Shown: positions 47,625 to 58,166, numbered from the stretch's first letter. The stretch: 64,000 nt of DNA from Candidatus Gottesmanbacteria bacterium (GCA_963711735.1 CAVQFA010000003.1:284367-348366), one strand, 5' to 3'. The notes: generated by a model from the letters alone, not told the origin. A program made the numbers and translations.

Positions 47625-50600
47625 ATGGATAAAAAAGCCACATTTGCAAATATAGTTGATTTTACAGGGTTAAAAATTAAACTAGCTTCGCCGGAAGAGA
47701 TAAAGGCGTGGTCATACGGAGAAGTAACTAAACCGGAAACGATAAATTATCGTACACTAAAACCGGAAAAAGACGGTTTATTCGACGAACGTATTTTTGG
47801 ACCGACAAAAGACTGGGAATGTTATTGCGGAAAATATAAACGGATTCGGTACAGAGGTATTATCTGTGATAAGTGCGGTGTTGAAGTGACTCAAAGTAAA
47901 GTACGTCGTGAAAGAATGGGACACATATCGCTGGCGGCTCCTGTTGTACATGTCTGGTTCTTTAAAGGTGCACCTTCCAAATTATCTCTTCTTCTTGATA
48001 TTAGTCCACGGGCATTGGAAGGAGTAATTTATTTTGCACAGTATCTAGTAGTGAAAGTAGATGAGGAAAAGAAAAAAGAAATTCTCGAAAAAATTATTGA
48101 ATCAGGAAACATCCGTATAAAAGAAGTTGAAAACCGATATAAAGAAAATATTGACCAAAAAAAGGATCAGTTTGCCAAAGAAAAATCAAATATTAAGGAT
48201 AAAGTAAAAGGTTCAGAAGCGAGAGACTTGGCAGCATCAGAGCTTACGTTAAAAGAAAAGCAGGAAATAAATGCATCGGATGCACAGCTTGAACAGGAAA
48301 AACAGAAAGTGAAAGAAGTTGTTGATTCCCTTATTTCTATTGTGAAGGGAATACACCAGTTTGCAACAATTACAGAGGATGAATACCTTCGCCTTTTTGA
48401 ATATGATGCAACATCATGCTTTACCGTAGCCATGGGTGCTGAAGCAGTATCAGAAGTAATTAAAAAACTTGATTTAGATAAAATAGCTGCGGACTTACGG
48501 GAAGAGATTCGGACAAGTTCAGGACAACGACATATTAAGGCAACGAAGAGGCTGCGTGTTGTTGACGGAATCCGAAAAGCTGCGGTGAATCCGTCATGGA
48601 TGATTATTAACACCTTGCCGGTTATTCCTCCTGATTTACGGCCGATGGTACAGTTAACCGGCGGACGTTTTGCCACAAGTGATTTAAATGATTTATACCG
48701 CCGTGTTATCAATAGAAATAACCGTCTTCGCCACCTGATGGATTTAGGTGCTCCTGAGATAATTCTCAGAAATGAAAAACGCATGCTTCAGGAAGCGGTC
48801 GACAGTCTTATTGATGCTACACAACGTCCGTCATCACGTGCGGTTATTCAGCCCTTGCGTTCTCTTTCTGATATGCTTCGGGGCAAACAGGGACGTTTCA
48901 GACAGAATTTACTCGGTAAAAGAGTAGATTATTCAGGCAGGTCAGTTATTGTCGTCGGTCCTGATTTAGCATTGACGCAATGCGGTATTCCGAAAGAAAT
49001 GGCTCTTGAGATGTTTAAACCGTTTGTATTAAGAGAACTTATCGTACGCGGAATAGCTCCGAATGTTAAAAACGCTAAAAATGTTCTTGAAAAAAGAACA
49101 CCTGAAGTTTTTGATATTTTGGAAGAAATAACGAAAAATCATCCGGTGCTTCTCAACCGCGCGCCCACACTTCATAAACTTGGAATTCAGGCATTTTACC
49201 CAATTCTTATAGAAGGTTCTGCTATACGCATTCATCCGTGTGTGTGCGCAGGATATAATGCGGATTTTGACGGAGATCAGATGGCTGTCCACATCCCGTT
49301 ATCAAAAGAATCGCAGGAAGAGGCCCGGACTCTCATGCTTCCGACTCATAATTTATTAAAACCGGCAGACGGATCTCCGATTACAGTTCCAAATAAAGAA
49401 ATGGTTTTAGGTTGTTATTATATTACGACAATCAATTCTTCATATAATATCAAGGATGTTGATGCGCTTCCAAAATATGGGAGCGTTCAGGACGCAATAT
49501 ACGATTGGCAAAGCGGAGGCATCGACATCCGGCAACCTATACGTGTTAACAGAGAAAATGAATATTTAACTACATCTTTAGGACGTATCCTTTTTAATGA
49601 ACGTTTGCCTCAGGCACTTCAGTTTATCAATGAACCTGTAAAAGCATCAATGATTAAAACAATAATCACAAAAGCTCTTTCTCTTTTTTCAAAGGAAGAA
49701 GTGGTGAAACTTATCGATGCAATAAAAAATATCGGTTTTTGGGGAGCAACAATATCCGGAGGTTTATCTGTTTCGGTATTTGATAATCATATAATTAAAG
49801 AAAAATCAAACATCATTAAAGAAACCGAAGAGAGAGTAAAAGTTGTAGAAAATAACTATTTTCAGGGGCTTATAACTCTCGAAGAAAAGAAACGGTTATC
49901 AAATGAAATATGGATTGAGATCACTGAAAAAATTGCCAATATGACCTGGGAGAATTTGAAAGAAACGAACCCGGTGAAAATGATTATTGAATCAGGAGGA
50001 GCACGCGCATCAAAAGATCAATTGAAACAGTTATGTGCAGTCAAGGGACTTGTAGTTGATCCATTGGGCAAAATTGTGGAACTTCCGACTAAATCGAATT
50101 ATCGTGAAGGACTGTCGATTTTTGAATACGTTACCAGTACCCGTGGTTCACGCAAAGGTTTGACGGATTCAGCATTAAAAACTGCAGATGCTGGATATTT
50201 AACCAGAAGACTTGTTGATGTGGCACATGACATGATTATCCGAATGGAAGATTGTGGCACTGAAGAAGGGTTTGAAATTCATCGTCAGGAAGACCGTCAA
50301 ACACCTTTTATAAACCGAATTATCGGACGGATTGCGGCTACCAATATTGTTGTTCCCGGAGGAAAGAAAGTTATTGTCCAGAAGGGTGAATACATAACTG
50401 AGGAACACGCAAAACTGATTGATGAACATGAAGTGAAATCCGTAAGCGTACGCTCACCGATTACATGCGGAGCAATGGTTGGTATGTGTGCACAATGTTA
50501 CGGACGTGATTTTTCTACAACACAACCTGTAGAGATTGGCGTTCCTGTTGGCGTTGTAGCAGCCCAGTCTATCGGTGAACCGGGAACTCAACTCACCATG

Positions 50601-51353
50601 CGCGTACGTCATGCCGGAGGTATAGTCGGATTGGACGTCACCCAAGGTCTTCCCCGTGTGGAAGAACTTTTTGAAATTCGGACACCCCGGAATATGTCAC
50701 CCATATCGGAAATAGCCGGTAAGGCGGACGTCGAAGAAACCGAGCACGGATACAAAGTCACAATCCGGAACACTTCGATAAAACCTGCAGAAGAGCGGGA
50801 ATACATGATACCACTCACATCAGAGCTGAAAGTAAAAAACGGCGATCTTATTTCTACCGGGGATCAATTAGCAAACGGTAATTTGGATATTAAAGAAGTT
50901 TTACAGGTTCGGGGACTTCGAGGTGCACAAAAATATTTGATCACTGAAATCCAAAGAGTATATGAACTACAGGGTATCATGATTGCGGATAAACATTTTG
51001 AGGTTATAGTTCGCAAGATGAGTGATAAAGTGCGTATCGATAACTCAGGAGACACGACTTTACTTCCCGGCGAGCTGATTGACAGATCCAAATTCCAGGA
51101 AGAAAATGCACGGGTTCTGTCCCAGGGGGGTGAACCGGCAACAGCACAAATTATTATCCTTGGTATTACACGTGCATCGTTATATACGGAGTCGTGGTTG
51201 TCTGCAGCATCATTCCAGGAAACGACGAACGTTCTGACGGATGCCGCTCTTGCCGGCAAGGAAGATAAGTTGCTGGGTCTTAAAGAAAACGTTATAATCG
51301 GACGACTCATTCCCGTATCACCTGAGCGTGCAATTATTGGTATTAAACCATAG
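47625..51353 (+). CDS. rpoC: RNA polymerase beta' subunit
   Basis: Zn finger, NADFDGD, GYLTRRL, QSIGEPGTQLT. Confidence 0.99.
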   Translation: MDKKATFANIVDFTGLKIKLASPEEIKAWSYGEVTKPETINYRTLKPEKDGLFDERIFGPTKDWECYCGKYKRIRYRGIICDKCGVEVTQSKVRRERMGHISLAAPVVHVWFFKGAPSKLSLLLDISPRALEGVIYFAQYLVVKVDEEKKKEILEKIIESGNIRIKEVENRYKENIDQKKDQFAKEKSNIKDKVKGSEARDLAASELTLKEKQEINASDAQLEQEKQKVKEVVDSLISIVKGIHQFATITEDEYLRLFEYDATSCFTVAMGAEAVSEVIKKLDLDKIAADLREEIRTSSGQRHIKATKRLRVVDGIRKAAVNPSWMIINTLPVIPPDLRPMVQLTGGRFATSDLNDLYRRVINRNNRLRHLMDLGAPEIILRNEKRMLQEAVDSLIDATQRPSSRAVIQPLRSLSDMLRGKQGRFRQNLLGKRVDYSGRSVIVVGPDLALTQCGIPKEMALEMFKPFVLRELIVRGIAPNVKNAKNVLEKRTPEVFDILEEITKNHPVLLNRAPTLHKLGIQAFYPILIEGSAIRIHPCVCAGYNADFDGDQMAVHIPLSKESQEEARTLMLPTHNLLKPADGSPITVPNKEMVLGCYYITTINSSYNIKDVDALPKYGSVQDAIYDWQSGGIDIRQPIRVNRENEYLTTSLGRILFNERLPQALQFINEPVKASMIKTIITKALSLFSKEEVVKLIDAIKNIGFWGATISGGLSVSVFDNHIIKEKSNIIKETEERVKVVENNYFQGLITLEEKKRLSNEIWIEITEKIANMTWENLKETNPVKMIIESGGARASKDQLKQLCAVKGLVVDPLGKIVELPTKSNYREGLSIFEYVTSTRGSRKGLTDSALKTADAGYLTRRLVDVAHDMIIRMEDCGTEEGFEIHRQEDRQTPFINRIIGRIAATNIVVPGGKKVIVQKGEYITEEHAKLIDEHEVKSVSVRSPITCGAMVGMCAQCYGRDFSTTQPVEIGVPVGVVAAQSIGEPGTQLTMRVRHAGGIVGLDVTQGLPRVEELFEIRTPRNMSPISEIAGKADVEETEHGYKVTIRNTSIKPAEEREYMIPLTSELKVKNGDLISTGDQLANGNLDIKEVLQVRGLRGAQKYLITEIQRVYELQGIMIADKHFEVIVRKMSDKVRIDNSGDTTLLPGELIDRSKFQEENARVLSQGGEPATAQIIILGITRASLYTESWLSAASFQETTNVLTDAALAGKEDKLLGLKENVIIGRLIPVSPERAIIGIKP

Positions 51354-51374
51354 AGTTTATTATTTTTACAGAGT

Positions 51375-51812
51375 ATGCCGACAATAAATCAATTAGTCAG
51401 AAAAGGAAGAAAATTTAAATCAAAAAAGATAAAGGCAACAGCGCTTCGAAAGTTTTTTAATGCAAAAGACCGTTTAATGAAGCAAATGCCCTCACCGTTT
51501 AAACGCGGAGTTGTGACTGTCGTCAAAACTATGACGCCAAAAAAACCTAATTCCGCACTCAGAAAAATTGCACGTGTCCGTTTATCAAATAAACAGGAAG
51601 TTACTGCATATATTCCGGGAATCGGTCATGAATTGACAGAACACGCAATAGTATTAGTTCGGGGAGGCAGAGTCCCTGATCTTCCCGGAGTAAAGTATCA
51701 TATCGTCCGGGGTAAGTATGATTCAACCGGAGTGGCAAACAGGAAAAAAGGCAGGAGCCGTTACGGAACAAAGAGAGGAAGTACAGGACCCGTTACCGCT
51801 GCCGCCAGTTAA
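51375..51812 (+). CDS. rpsL: 30S ribosomal protein S12
   Basis: [15 protein letters not shown]. Confidence 0.98.
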   Translation: MPTINQLVRKGRKFKSKKIKATALRKFFNAKDRLMKQMPSPFKRGVVTVVKTMTPKKPNSALRKIARVRLSNKQEVTAYIPGIGHELTEHAIVLVRGGRVPDLPGVKYHIVRGKYDSTGVANRKKGRSRYGTKRGSTGPVTAAAS

Positions 51813-51817
51813 TTTAT

Positions 51818-52297
51818 ATGCCGAGAGCAGGAAAAATCATCAAAAAAATTTCAGAACCCGATCCGGTTTACGGTAACCGTCTAGTTACGCGGTTGGTCAA
51901 CCGTATTATGGAACGCGGGAAAAAGACAGTCGCACAAGGGCTGGTATACCGAGCATTTGAAGTAATCAAAGAGAAAGGCATGGAAGATCCTATCAAAGTA
52001 CTGGATAATGCCGTAAATACAGTAGGTCCTAAAATAGAAGTTCGGCCCAGGAGAGTCGGGGGGGCTTCATACCAGGTTCCGATGGAAGTCAGGGGTGATA
52101 GGCGGGTAGCTCTTGCTTTACGGTGGATCGTAAGTTTCGCAAAAAAAAGATCAAATAAGGAGTATAAAACATATGCTGATAAGTTAGCTGCTGAGCTTAT
52201 TGATGCTGCAAACGGCGTCGGCGATGCAATAAAAAAACGGGATACGGTACACCGTATGGCCGAAGCAAACAAAGCATTTGCTCATTTCCGGTGGTAA
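51818..52297 (+). CDS. rpsG: 30S ribosomal protein S7
   Basis: RRVGGASYQVP, MAEANKAFAHFRW. Confidence 0.98.
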   Translation: MPRAGKIIKKISEPDPVYGNRLVTRLVNRIMERGKKTVAQGLVYRAFEVIKEKGMEDPIKVLDNAVNTVGPKIEVRPRRVGGASYQVPMEVRGDRRVALALRWIVSFAKKRSNKEYKTYADKLAAELIDAANGVGDAIKKRDTVHRMAEANKAFAHFRW

Positions 52298-52354
52298 GAT
52301 TCTGCCATAATTACTGTAAACGTGTGTCAAAACAATTAGAGCTTCCCATTCAGT

Positions 52355-52398
52355 CAATAAAAAGAACAGCAGTTGTTGTTCTGGATCTGTTCTTATTG
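52355..52398. terminator. Hairpin between convergent rpsG and mtaB
   Basis: CAATAAAAAGAACAG ... CTGTTCTTATTG inverted repeat. Confidence 0.45.
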
Positions 52399-52424
52399 GT
52401 CTTGTCAAAATTAGCCAAAATGTA

Positions 52425-53738
52425 TTAACGATACAATTTCCAATCTCCGAAGACTTCATTTTTATAGACAGTTATACCATCGATACGAATCATTTTTCCC
52501 GGAGGTACATTTCGGATGAGACGTACAACAATTTGATTCTCGAGTAACGCTCGGGAAACACCTTTCATGTCCGGGTATAGGGATAGTCCAATGTACGATC
52601 TGTCCGGAATGCCGGATATAAAAGTACGGTATTTTAGTTGTCCGAGACGTATGAGCCGTTGGGATCTTTTCTTTGCGTTATATACTGATAAGGGCGCATA
52701 CTGTTTTTCCATAGACGAAGCTCTTGTATTTTTCCGGTTGCTGTAACGGAAGATATGAAACTTAGAGATAGGGTGAGTTTGCAGAAATGTGAAGGTTTCC
52801 TCAAAATTTTCTTCGGATTCACCCGGAAAACCCACAATAATATCAGTTCCTATAAGCGCATCGGGATTTACGGATGCAATCTGATTTATCCGCTCAGAAA
52901 TATATTTTTTTGTATATCCGCGGTTCATACGCAGTAAAATTTCGTCTGATGCAGATTGGATGGGAATGTGGAAAAAATGAACAAAACGATTATCATCAGA
53001 GTGATTTTTATACCACACAATAAATTCATCCGTGATACTCCACGGATGTAAAGAACCAAGACTCAGCCTGGAAACAGAGGTATTTTCCAATACGGCATCA
53101 AGAAGAATAGGCAATGATTCACCATGACCCCTCCCGATATATTCGGTATTTATTCCGGTAATGATAACTTCCTTTATTTTTGATTTATATGCACGTATGC
53201 ATTCAATAACTTCTTTTGATGATTTTGTTGTGGGTTTTCCACGAAGGTAAGGAACTATACAGTAAGAACAAAATCGTTCACATCCGTCCTGAACTTTCAG
53301 TATGAGTCTGCCGGAATCTATAAATTTATCACCTGCATTTTTTTGTTGTGTCGGTTTTATTTTTCCTGTATCTGAATGCTGTTCTGATGCTGTCGGCGGA
53401 ATGAGAAACGAGCGCAGGAGATACGGTATTTGCTGTTTGTCCGAATTGGAAACTAGAAGATCTGTCTCTCTCATACGGTAACGCTCAGTTTTCCATAATG
53501 TTGCCAGACATCCGGTAACGAGAAGTATGGTGTCAGGAAATTTTCTTCGGATACGACGTATGAACTGACGCGCCTCCCGTTCAGCTTTTCCCGTCACTGC
53601 ACACGTATTTATAATATACACGTCCGGTTTGTCATCCGAATAAATAAACCCAAATGCACGAAGCTTCCTGTCGATTGCTATTTTTTCAGCCTCGTTGACT
53701 CTGCACCCAAACGTAAAACTGGCAAATGAACGTTTCAC
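52425..53738 (-). CDS. mtaB: Radical SAM methylthiotransferase, MtaB-like
   Basis: FGCRVN, NTCAVT, VTGC, LKVQDGCERFCSYC, DIIVGFPGE; GTG start. Confidence 0.8.
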   Translation of the reverse strand: MKRSFASFTFGCRVNEAEKIAIDRKLRAFGFIYSDDKPDVYIINTCAVTGKAEREARQFIRRIRRKFPDTILLVTGCLATLWKTERYRMRETDLLVSNSDKQQIPYLLRSFLIPPTASEQHSDTGKIKPTQQKNAGDKFIDSGRLILKVQDGCERFCSYCIVPYLRGKPTTKSSKEVIECIRAYKSKIKEVIITGINTEYIGRGHGESLPILLDAVLENTSVSRLSLGSLHPWSITDEFIVWYKNHSDDNRFVHFFHIPIQSASDEILLRMNRGYTKKYISERINQIASVNPDALIGTDIIVGFPGESEENFEETFTFLQTHPISKFHIFRYSNRKNTRASSMEKQYAPLSVYNAKKRSQRLIRLGQLKYRTFISGIPDRSYIGLSLYPDMKGVSRALLENQIVVRLIRNVPPGKMIRIDGITVYKNEVFGDWKLYR

Positions 53739-53917
53739 AACACGTATTATACGAAAAATGAACTCTCAGCATGTAATGAAAACTATGATGAAAGTTTCAT
53801 AGTTATTTAGGTTCGTTCTCAGTGTGGTATGATTACGGGTATAACGGAGTATATATTTTCATTTTTATAAAGAAATGTTTTCTAAATAATTAATAATTTT
53901 CTTAGTAAATTACATCT

Positions 53918-54739
53918 ATGAAAGATAAATATTCTGCCGTGTGGGTATCTCACTCATCTATTTCCGATTATCTCAAATGTCCGAGAGCATATTACCTCGC
54001 GAATATGTACAGGGATCCGAAAACAAATCATAAAATTACCCTGATGCAACCGCCGCTGGCACTCGGGCAGGCGGTGCACGGCACAATAGAGATCATTTCC
54101 ACATTACCTCTTGAAAATCGGTTTACCGTACCTCTTGAAGAACACTTTAATCAGCTATGGGATACCGTTTCGGGCAAAAGAGGAGGATTTCGTGAAAAAG
54201 ATGAGGAAAAGAAGTTAAAAGCACGGGGACTTGCTATGATAAAAAGATTATCCGAACACCCGGGACCGTTACAGCAAAAAGCAATAAAAATTCGTCAGGA
54301 GCTCCCGTATTATTGGCTGTCAGAAGAAGACAATATCATTTTATGCGGAAAAATCGATTGGCTGGAATATCGGCAGGATTCGGATTCGGTACGTATCATT
54401 GATTTTAAAACCGGAAAATTTGATGAAGATCCGGATTCACTTCAGTTACCTATCTATTATCTCGTTACAAAACACGCTCAGACAAAAAAAATTTCCGGTC
54501 TCGCGTACTGGTATTTGGACAGGGATGATGAACCGATTGATATGGTTCTTCCTGATGAAAATGAGTCAGCAAGATTAATTACGGAAATCGCGAAAAAAAT
54601 TGCCCTTGCACGGAAACTCGGACGGTTTGTATGCCGCGAGGGCGGGTGCAGAACATGCAAACCTTTCGAAGCGATTCTTGCAGGAAAAGGAGAGTATGTA
54701 GGGGTGAATGATTTTAATGCTGATGTATATATTTTATAG
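53918..54739 (+). CDS. PD-(D/E)XK nuclease, AddB/Cas4-like
   Basis: SHSS...CP, GQAVH, GKIDW, IIDFKTG, QLPIY, C-terminal CREGGCRTC. Confidence 0.88.
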   Translation: MKDKYSAVWVSHSSISDYLKCPRAYYLANMYRDPKTNHKITLMQPPLALGQAVHGTIEIISTLPLENRFTVPLEEHFNQLWDTVSGKRGGFREKDEEKKLKARGLAMIKRLSEHPGPLQQKAIKIRQELPYYWLSEEDNIILCGKIDWLEYRQDSDSVRIIDFKTGKFDEDPDSLQLPIYYLVTKHAQTKKISGLAYWYLDRDDEPIDMVLPDENESARLITEIAKKIALARKLGRFVCREGGCRTCKPFEAILAGKGEYVGVNDFNADVYIL

Positions 54740-54756
54740 ATACAATAGGGATTTTT

Positions 54757-55917
54757 ATGAATACAATTACGTGCAACAAATGCGGTAATATTATTGAAGT
54801 TACGGATGCTCTGGAAGAACAGGCTCGGATTTCCATAGAAAAAAAATTACGTGAAGAATCAAAAAAAGAAATAGAGCATATCCAAAAGGATGCTGAGGAA
54901 AACGCAGGGAAAAGGTTAAAGGAGCATTTTGAATTTGAAACGAAACAGCGGCAAAGTGAAATGGAAGAGATGCGTAAGTATTCGAAAAATCTTCAGGAAC
55001 AACTCCTAACGCTTACCAAAAAACTTCAGGAAGAAAAAAGCAAATCACAGGATTTGGAAATAAAGATGCGCAAAGAGCTTTTAGAAGCTCAGGATAAAAT
55101 ATTTACCCAGGCAAAAACCAAAGCAGACGAAGAGCATAAACTGACTATTTCTGAGCTCACCAAACAGATTCAGGATTTTAAAAAAGCGAATGAGGAACTG
55201 AATAAAAAATTGGATCAGCGCTCTCAACAGCTTCAGGGGGAAGTACAGGAACTTGATTTGGAATCAACGCTTCGGTCTTCGTTTCCGTTTGACGGAATCG
55301 AACCGATTGGTAAAGGCGTAAAAGGTGCAGATGTACGCCAGATAGTGCGGACACAGATAGGAAATGTTTGCGGAGTAATACTGTGGGAATCCAAACAGAC
55401 GAAAACCTGGTCAAACGAATGGTTGGGGAAACTCAAAAATGACCTGCGGGCTGAGAAAGCCAATATTCCCATTATTATATCGACGCAACTTCCGGAGGAA
55501 GCACAATCAGGTTTTGGGATGAAAGATGGTGTAGTAATAGTAGGCCCTGCATTTATTATTCCGATTGCAGAAATGATCCGGCAGCGTCTTATAGATATTG
55601 CCAGGGAGCGTTATGTACTCGCAAACAGAGGCGGAAAAGCAGAGGATCTGTATACCTATATAACCAGTCACGAATTTCGACAGCAAATAGAAGTACTCAA
55701 AGAAACGTTTGATGATATGCAGCATCAGATTATACGTGAAAGAGTTGCATATGAGAAAAGTTGGAAAACCAGAGAAGCGCAAATCACAAAATTATTTTCA
55801 AGTACTGCGCGAATGCTCGGTAGCATGCGGGGAATAATCGGACAATCATTACCGAGCGTTAAAGGATTTGAACTTGAGGGAGAACACAATGAAAACGGAA
55901 CTATGGAAGATGTTTAA
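54757..55917 (+). CDS. DUF2130-like coiled-coil protein
   Basis: CxxC, long coiled coil, SQQLQGEVQE, GAD, WESK. Confidence 0.85.
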   Translation: MNTITCNKCGNIIEVTDALEEQARISIEKKLREESKKEIEHIQKDAEENAGKRLKEHFEFETKQRQSEMEEMRKYSKNLQEQLLTLTKKLQEEKSKSQDLEIKMRKELLEAQDKIFTQAKTKADEEHKLTISELTKQIQDFKKANEELNKKLDQRSQQLQGEVQELDLESTLRSSFPFDGIEPIGKGVKGADVRQIVRTQIGNVCGVILWESKQTKTWSNEWLGKLKNDLRAEKANIPIIISTQLPEEAQSGFGMKDGVVIVGPAFIIPIAEMIRQRLIDIARERYVLANRGGKAEDLYTYITSHEFRQQIEVLKETFDDMQHQIIRERVAYEKSWKTREAQITKLFSSTARMLGSMRGIIGQSLPSVKGFELEGEHNENGTMEDV

Positions 55918-55989
55918 CGGGATCAATCATAATTACATATTCAGTTGAAGAAATTGTTCGGATTTTAATACACTTCTTTTTTGTAATGT

Positions 55990-57126
55990 ATGCACGATCG
56001 GTATGCAAAGTACTTGCTATACAGTAGTATATGTGCCTTCGGAGTATTGAGTATTATTCTCGGAGTGTTTTTAGTAAAAAAACAAGATAAAACTCCTTTA
56101 TTTCCGTATTCATACCAGAGTATTCTTCCGCATATCCGTTTTGGATTTTTAAAAATGAAAAATGATCAGTACGTACCGGAAAAACTGTCGCTTATCAGAA
56201 TTTTTCGTGAAGACCACAGATGGATCGCCACACTTTCTGCAGACCGTATTCGTACTGTCATTGTCACAGGTGATGTTATACCGGCCCGATCCGTTAATTT
56301 TCTGTCTGTCAGTCGGAATGATTTTTTATGGCCATTTGCAAAAACGTATACCACACTTGGGAATGCAGATATTACATTTATAAATTTGGAAACACCTCTT
56401 TTTCAAAAGTGTCCGCTGACAAATGAAGGAATGATTTTTTGCGGCAGTGACAAACACGTTCAGGGCCTAATTGCTGCAGGTGTAGACGTTGCAAGTCTTG
56501 CAAATAACCATATCGGTAATTACGGAACAGATGGAATCAATGAAACGGTAAAGACTCTCATGGGAGGAAATATTACCAGTGTCGGACTTGGAAATCTCTA
56601 TGTGCGTGATATTCGGGGAGTACGATTCGGTTTTTTGGGTTTTAATGATATCGGTGTCCCTGCTTTACCGATTGCCGTGGCGGACCCTGTCACTATAGTT
56701 CGTCAGATTCGTGATGCAAAAAACCAATCAGATATTATTATCGTTGCGTTTCACTGGGGAGAAGAATATACGCGCATGCCTACCGTTCGGCAACGAGAGC
56801 TTGCACACGCTGCTATTAATGCGGGAGCAGACGTTGTTATTGGTAATCATCCGCACTGGATTCAACCACCTGAGCTATATCAGGATAAGTTCATTATGTA
56901 TGCGCACGGTAATTTTATTTTTGATCAGATGTGGTCGTATGAAACGAGAGTGGGATTGATCGGGACATATTCATTTTTTGATACATCACTCATTGACGTG
57001 TCATTTGATCCCGTATTGATTGAAAATTACGGCCAGCCCGGAATATTGAAAGGTATGGAAAGACAGAAAATTTTACGTATAATAGAAGACGCGAGTGTTG
57101 ATAATGGCATAAGTAAGGTACAATGA
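55990..57126 (+). CDS. CapA family metallophosphoesterase
   Basis: GDV, NLE, LANNH, HWGEEY, GNHPH, GNFIFDQ; N-terminal TM. Confidence 0.9.
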   Translation: MHDRYAKYLLYSSICAFGVLSIILGVFLVKKQDKTPLFPYSYQSILPHIRFGFLKMKNDQYVPEKLSLIRIFREDHRWIATLSADRIRTVIVTGDVIPARSVNFLSVSRNDFLWPFAKTYTTLGNADITFINLETPLFQKCPLTNEGMIFCGSDKHVQGLIAAGVDVASLANNHIGNYGTDGINETVKTLMGGNITSVGLGNLYVRDIRGVRFGFLGFNDIGVPALPIAVADPVTIVRQIRDAKNQSDIIIVAFHWGEEYTRMPTVRQRELAHAAINAGADVVIGNHPHWIQPPELYQDKFIMYAHGNFIFDQMWSYETRVGLIGTYSFFDTSLIDVSFDPVLIENYGQPGILKGMERQKILRIIEDASVDNGISKVQ

Positions 57127-57755
57127 TAGAAAGACATATGAATTCTGATCAGACATTGGCAAAAGCCCAGATTGGATATTATCAGGAACTTATTTTCCTA
57201 TCTCCGAAGGCGGAAGCGGCAACCGGACAAATTACTAAATCAGCTGTAACTGATACAGCACCGGTTCCGGTACTTGCTCCGTATATGATGTATCTTCCGT
57301 TTGTTGTATTTTTCCTTCTCTTTATCGGTGTGTTTGCCATGCAGATTGTGAATAAAGTGAAAAGCGCAAGACAAATTATGATGGCATTTCTCTTTGCACT
57401 TGTTACAGCCGGAACTCCGTTTATTGTAACAATGCTGAATATGGGTATTGTGTTTCAGGCCAAAGCCGGTCCTGACGAGATACCGCGGAATATTCGTATC
57501 ATCTCCCAGTCGCCCGAATCGTTGCGCGTCATCTGGAGTACGGATGCTAAAAAAATCGGATCAGTGAAAGTGAAGGATATGTCGCATACACCATATACTG
57601 AACGTATTATTATCGGAAACTTCGGCGAACAAGTACAGGATCATCTGGTTAATATAGACGGTGTTCCGCGTGGAGCATCGTATGAAATGGAAATTTTTTC
57701 CGGAACCACGTGGTATGATAACCAGGGCAAACCTATCCAAATACAGTTAAAGTAG
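57123..57755 (+). CDS. Membrane protein with FN3-like C-terminal domain
   Basis: Two TM, then PRNIRI...VIWST beta-rich domain. Confidence 0.6.
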   Translation: MIERHMNSDQTLAKAQIGYYQELIFLSPKAEAATGQITKSAVTDTAPVPVLAPYMMYLPFVVFFLLFIGVFAMQIVNKVKSARQIMMAFLFALVTAGTPFIVTMLNMGIVFQAKAGPDEIPRNIRIISQSPESLRVIWSTDAKKIGSVKVKDMSHTPYTERIIIGNFGEQVQDHLVNIDGVPRGASYEMEIFSGTTWYDNQGKPIQIQLK

Positions 57756-57784
57756 TGAAGCATTTCTTCCGTCACAAACAAGTC

Positions 57785-58096
57785 ATGAATGTACAGGACC
57801 GTATATACCGTGTTGTGAAACAGATTCCAAAGGGTTATGTGCTCAGATATAAAGACGTAGCAACCTTATCCGGTTGCCCAAGCCCACGAACTGTTGGCAG
57901 TATTCTTCATCGAAATCCTTCTCCGGGTACCATTCCATGTCATAGGGTGGTGCATGCAAGCGGAGAGTGTGCCGTAGGGTACGCGTTTGGCGGAAAAAGC
58001 GGACAGGAGGCGAAATTACGAACAGAGGGAGTTTCTTTCCGTCACGGAAAAGTGATTATGGGTGAATCCTTATGGAAGAGTGTTGTGTATGAATAA
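57785..58096 (+). CDS. MGMT/Ogt family alkyltransferase (C-terminal domain only)
   Basis: QIPKG, YKDVA, PRTVG, PCHRVV. Confidence 0.9.
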   Translation: MNVQDRIYRVVKQIPKGYVLRYKDVATLSGCPSPRTVGSILHRNPSPGTIPCHRVVHASGECAVGYAFGGKSGQEAKLRTEGVSFRHGKVIMGESLWKSVVYE

Positions 58097-58113
58097 TTCG
58101 TACGTTTTATTAC

Positions 58114-58142
58114 TGGACACCCGCAGGTAAATTTTATACAAT
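58114..58142 (+). promoter_or_regulatory. Promoter of fusA
   Basis: TGGACA-N17-TACAAT. Confidence 0.65.
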
Positions 58143-58166
58143 TGGATAAAGAGTTATGAAGCATTA

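Noticed and set aside
52325-52414. TGTCAAAA direct repeats flanking the hairpin as an insertion scar
   Set aside because: Short and AT-rich, with no matching copy noticed at the other end of the insert.
52425-53738. RimO, suggested by proximity to rpsL
   Set aside because: GCRVN, NTCAVT and KVQDGC fit MtaB, not RimO (GCPKN, NTCGFI, KIAEGC).
53918-54739. CRISPR-associated Cas4
   Set aside because: No repeat-spacer array or other cas genes in the window.
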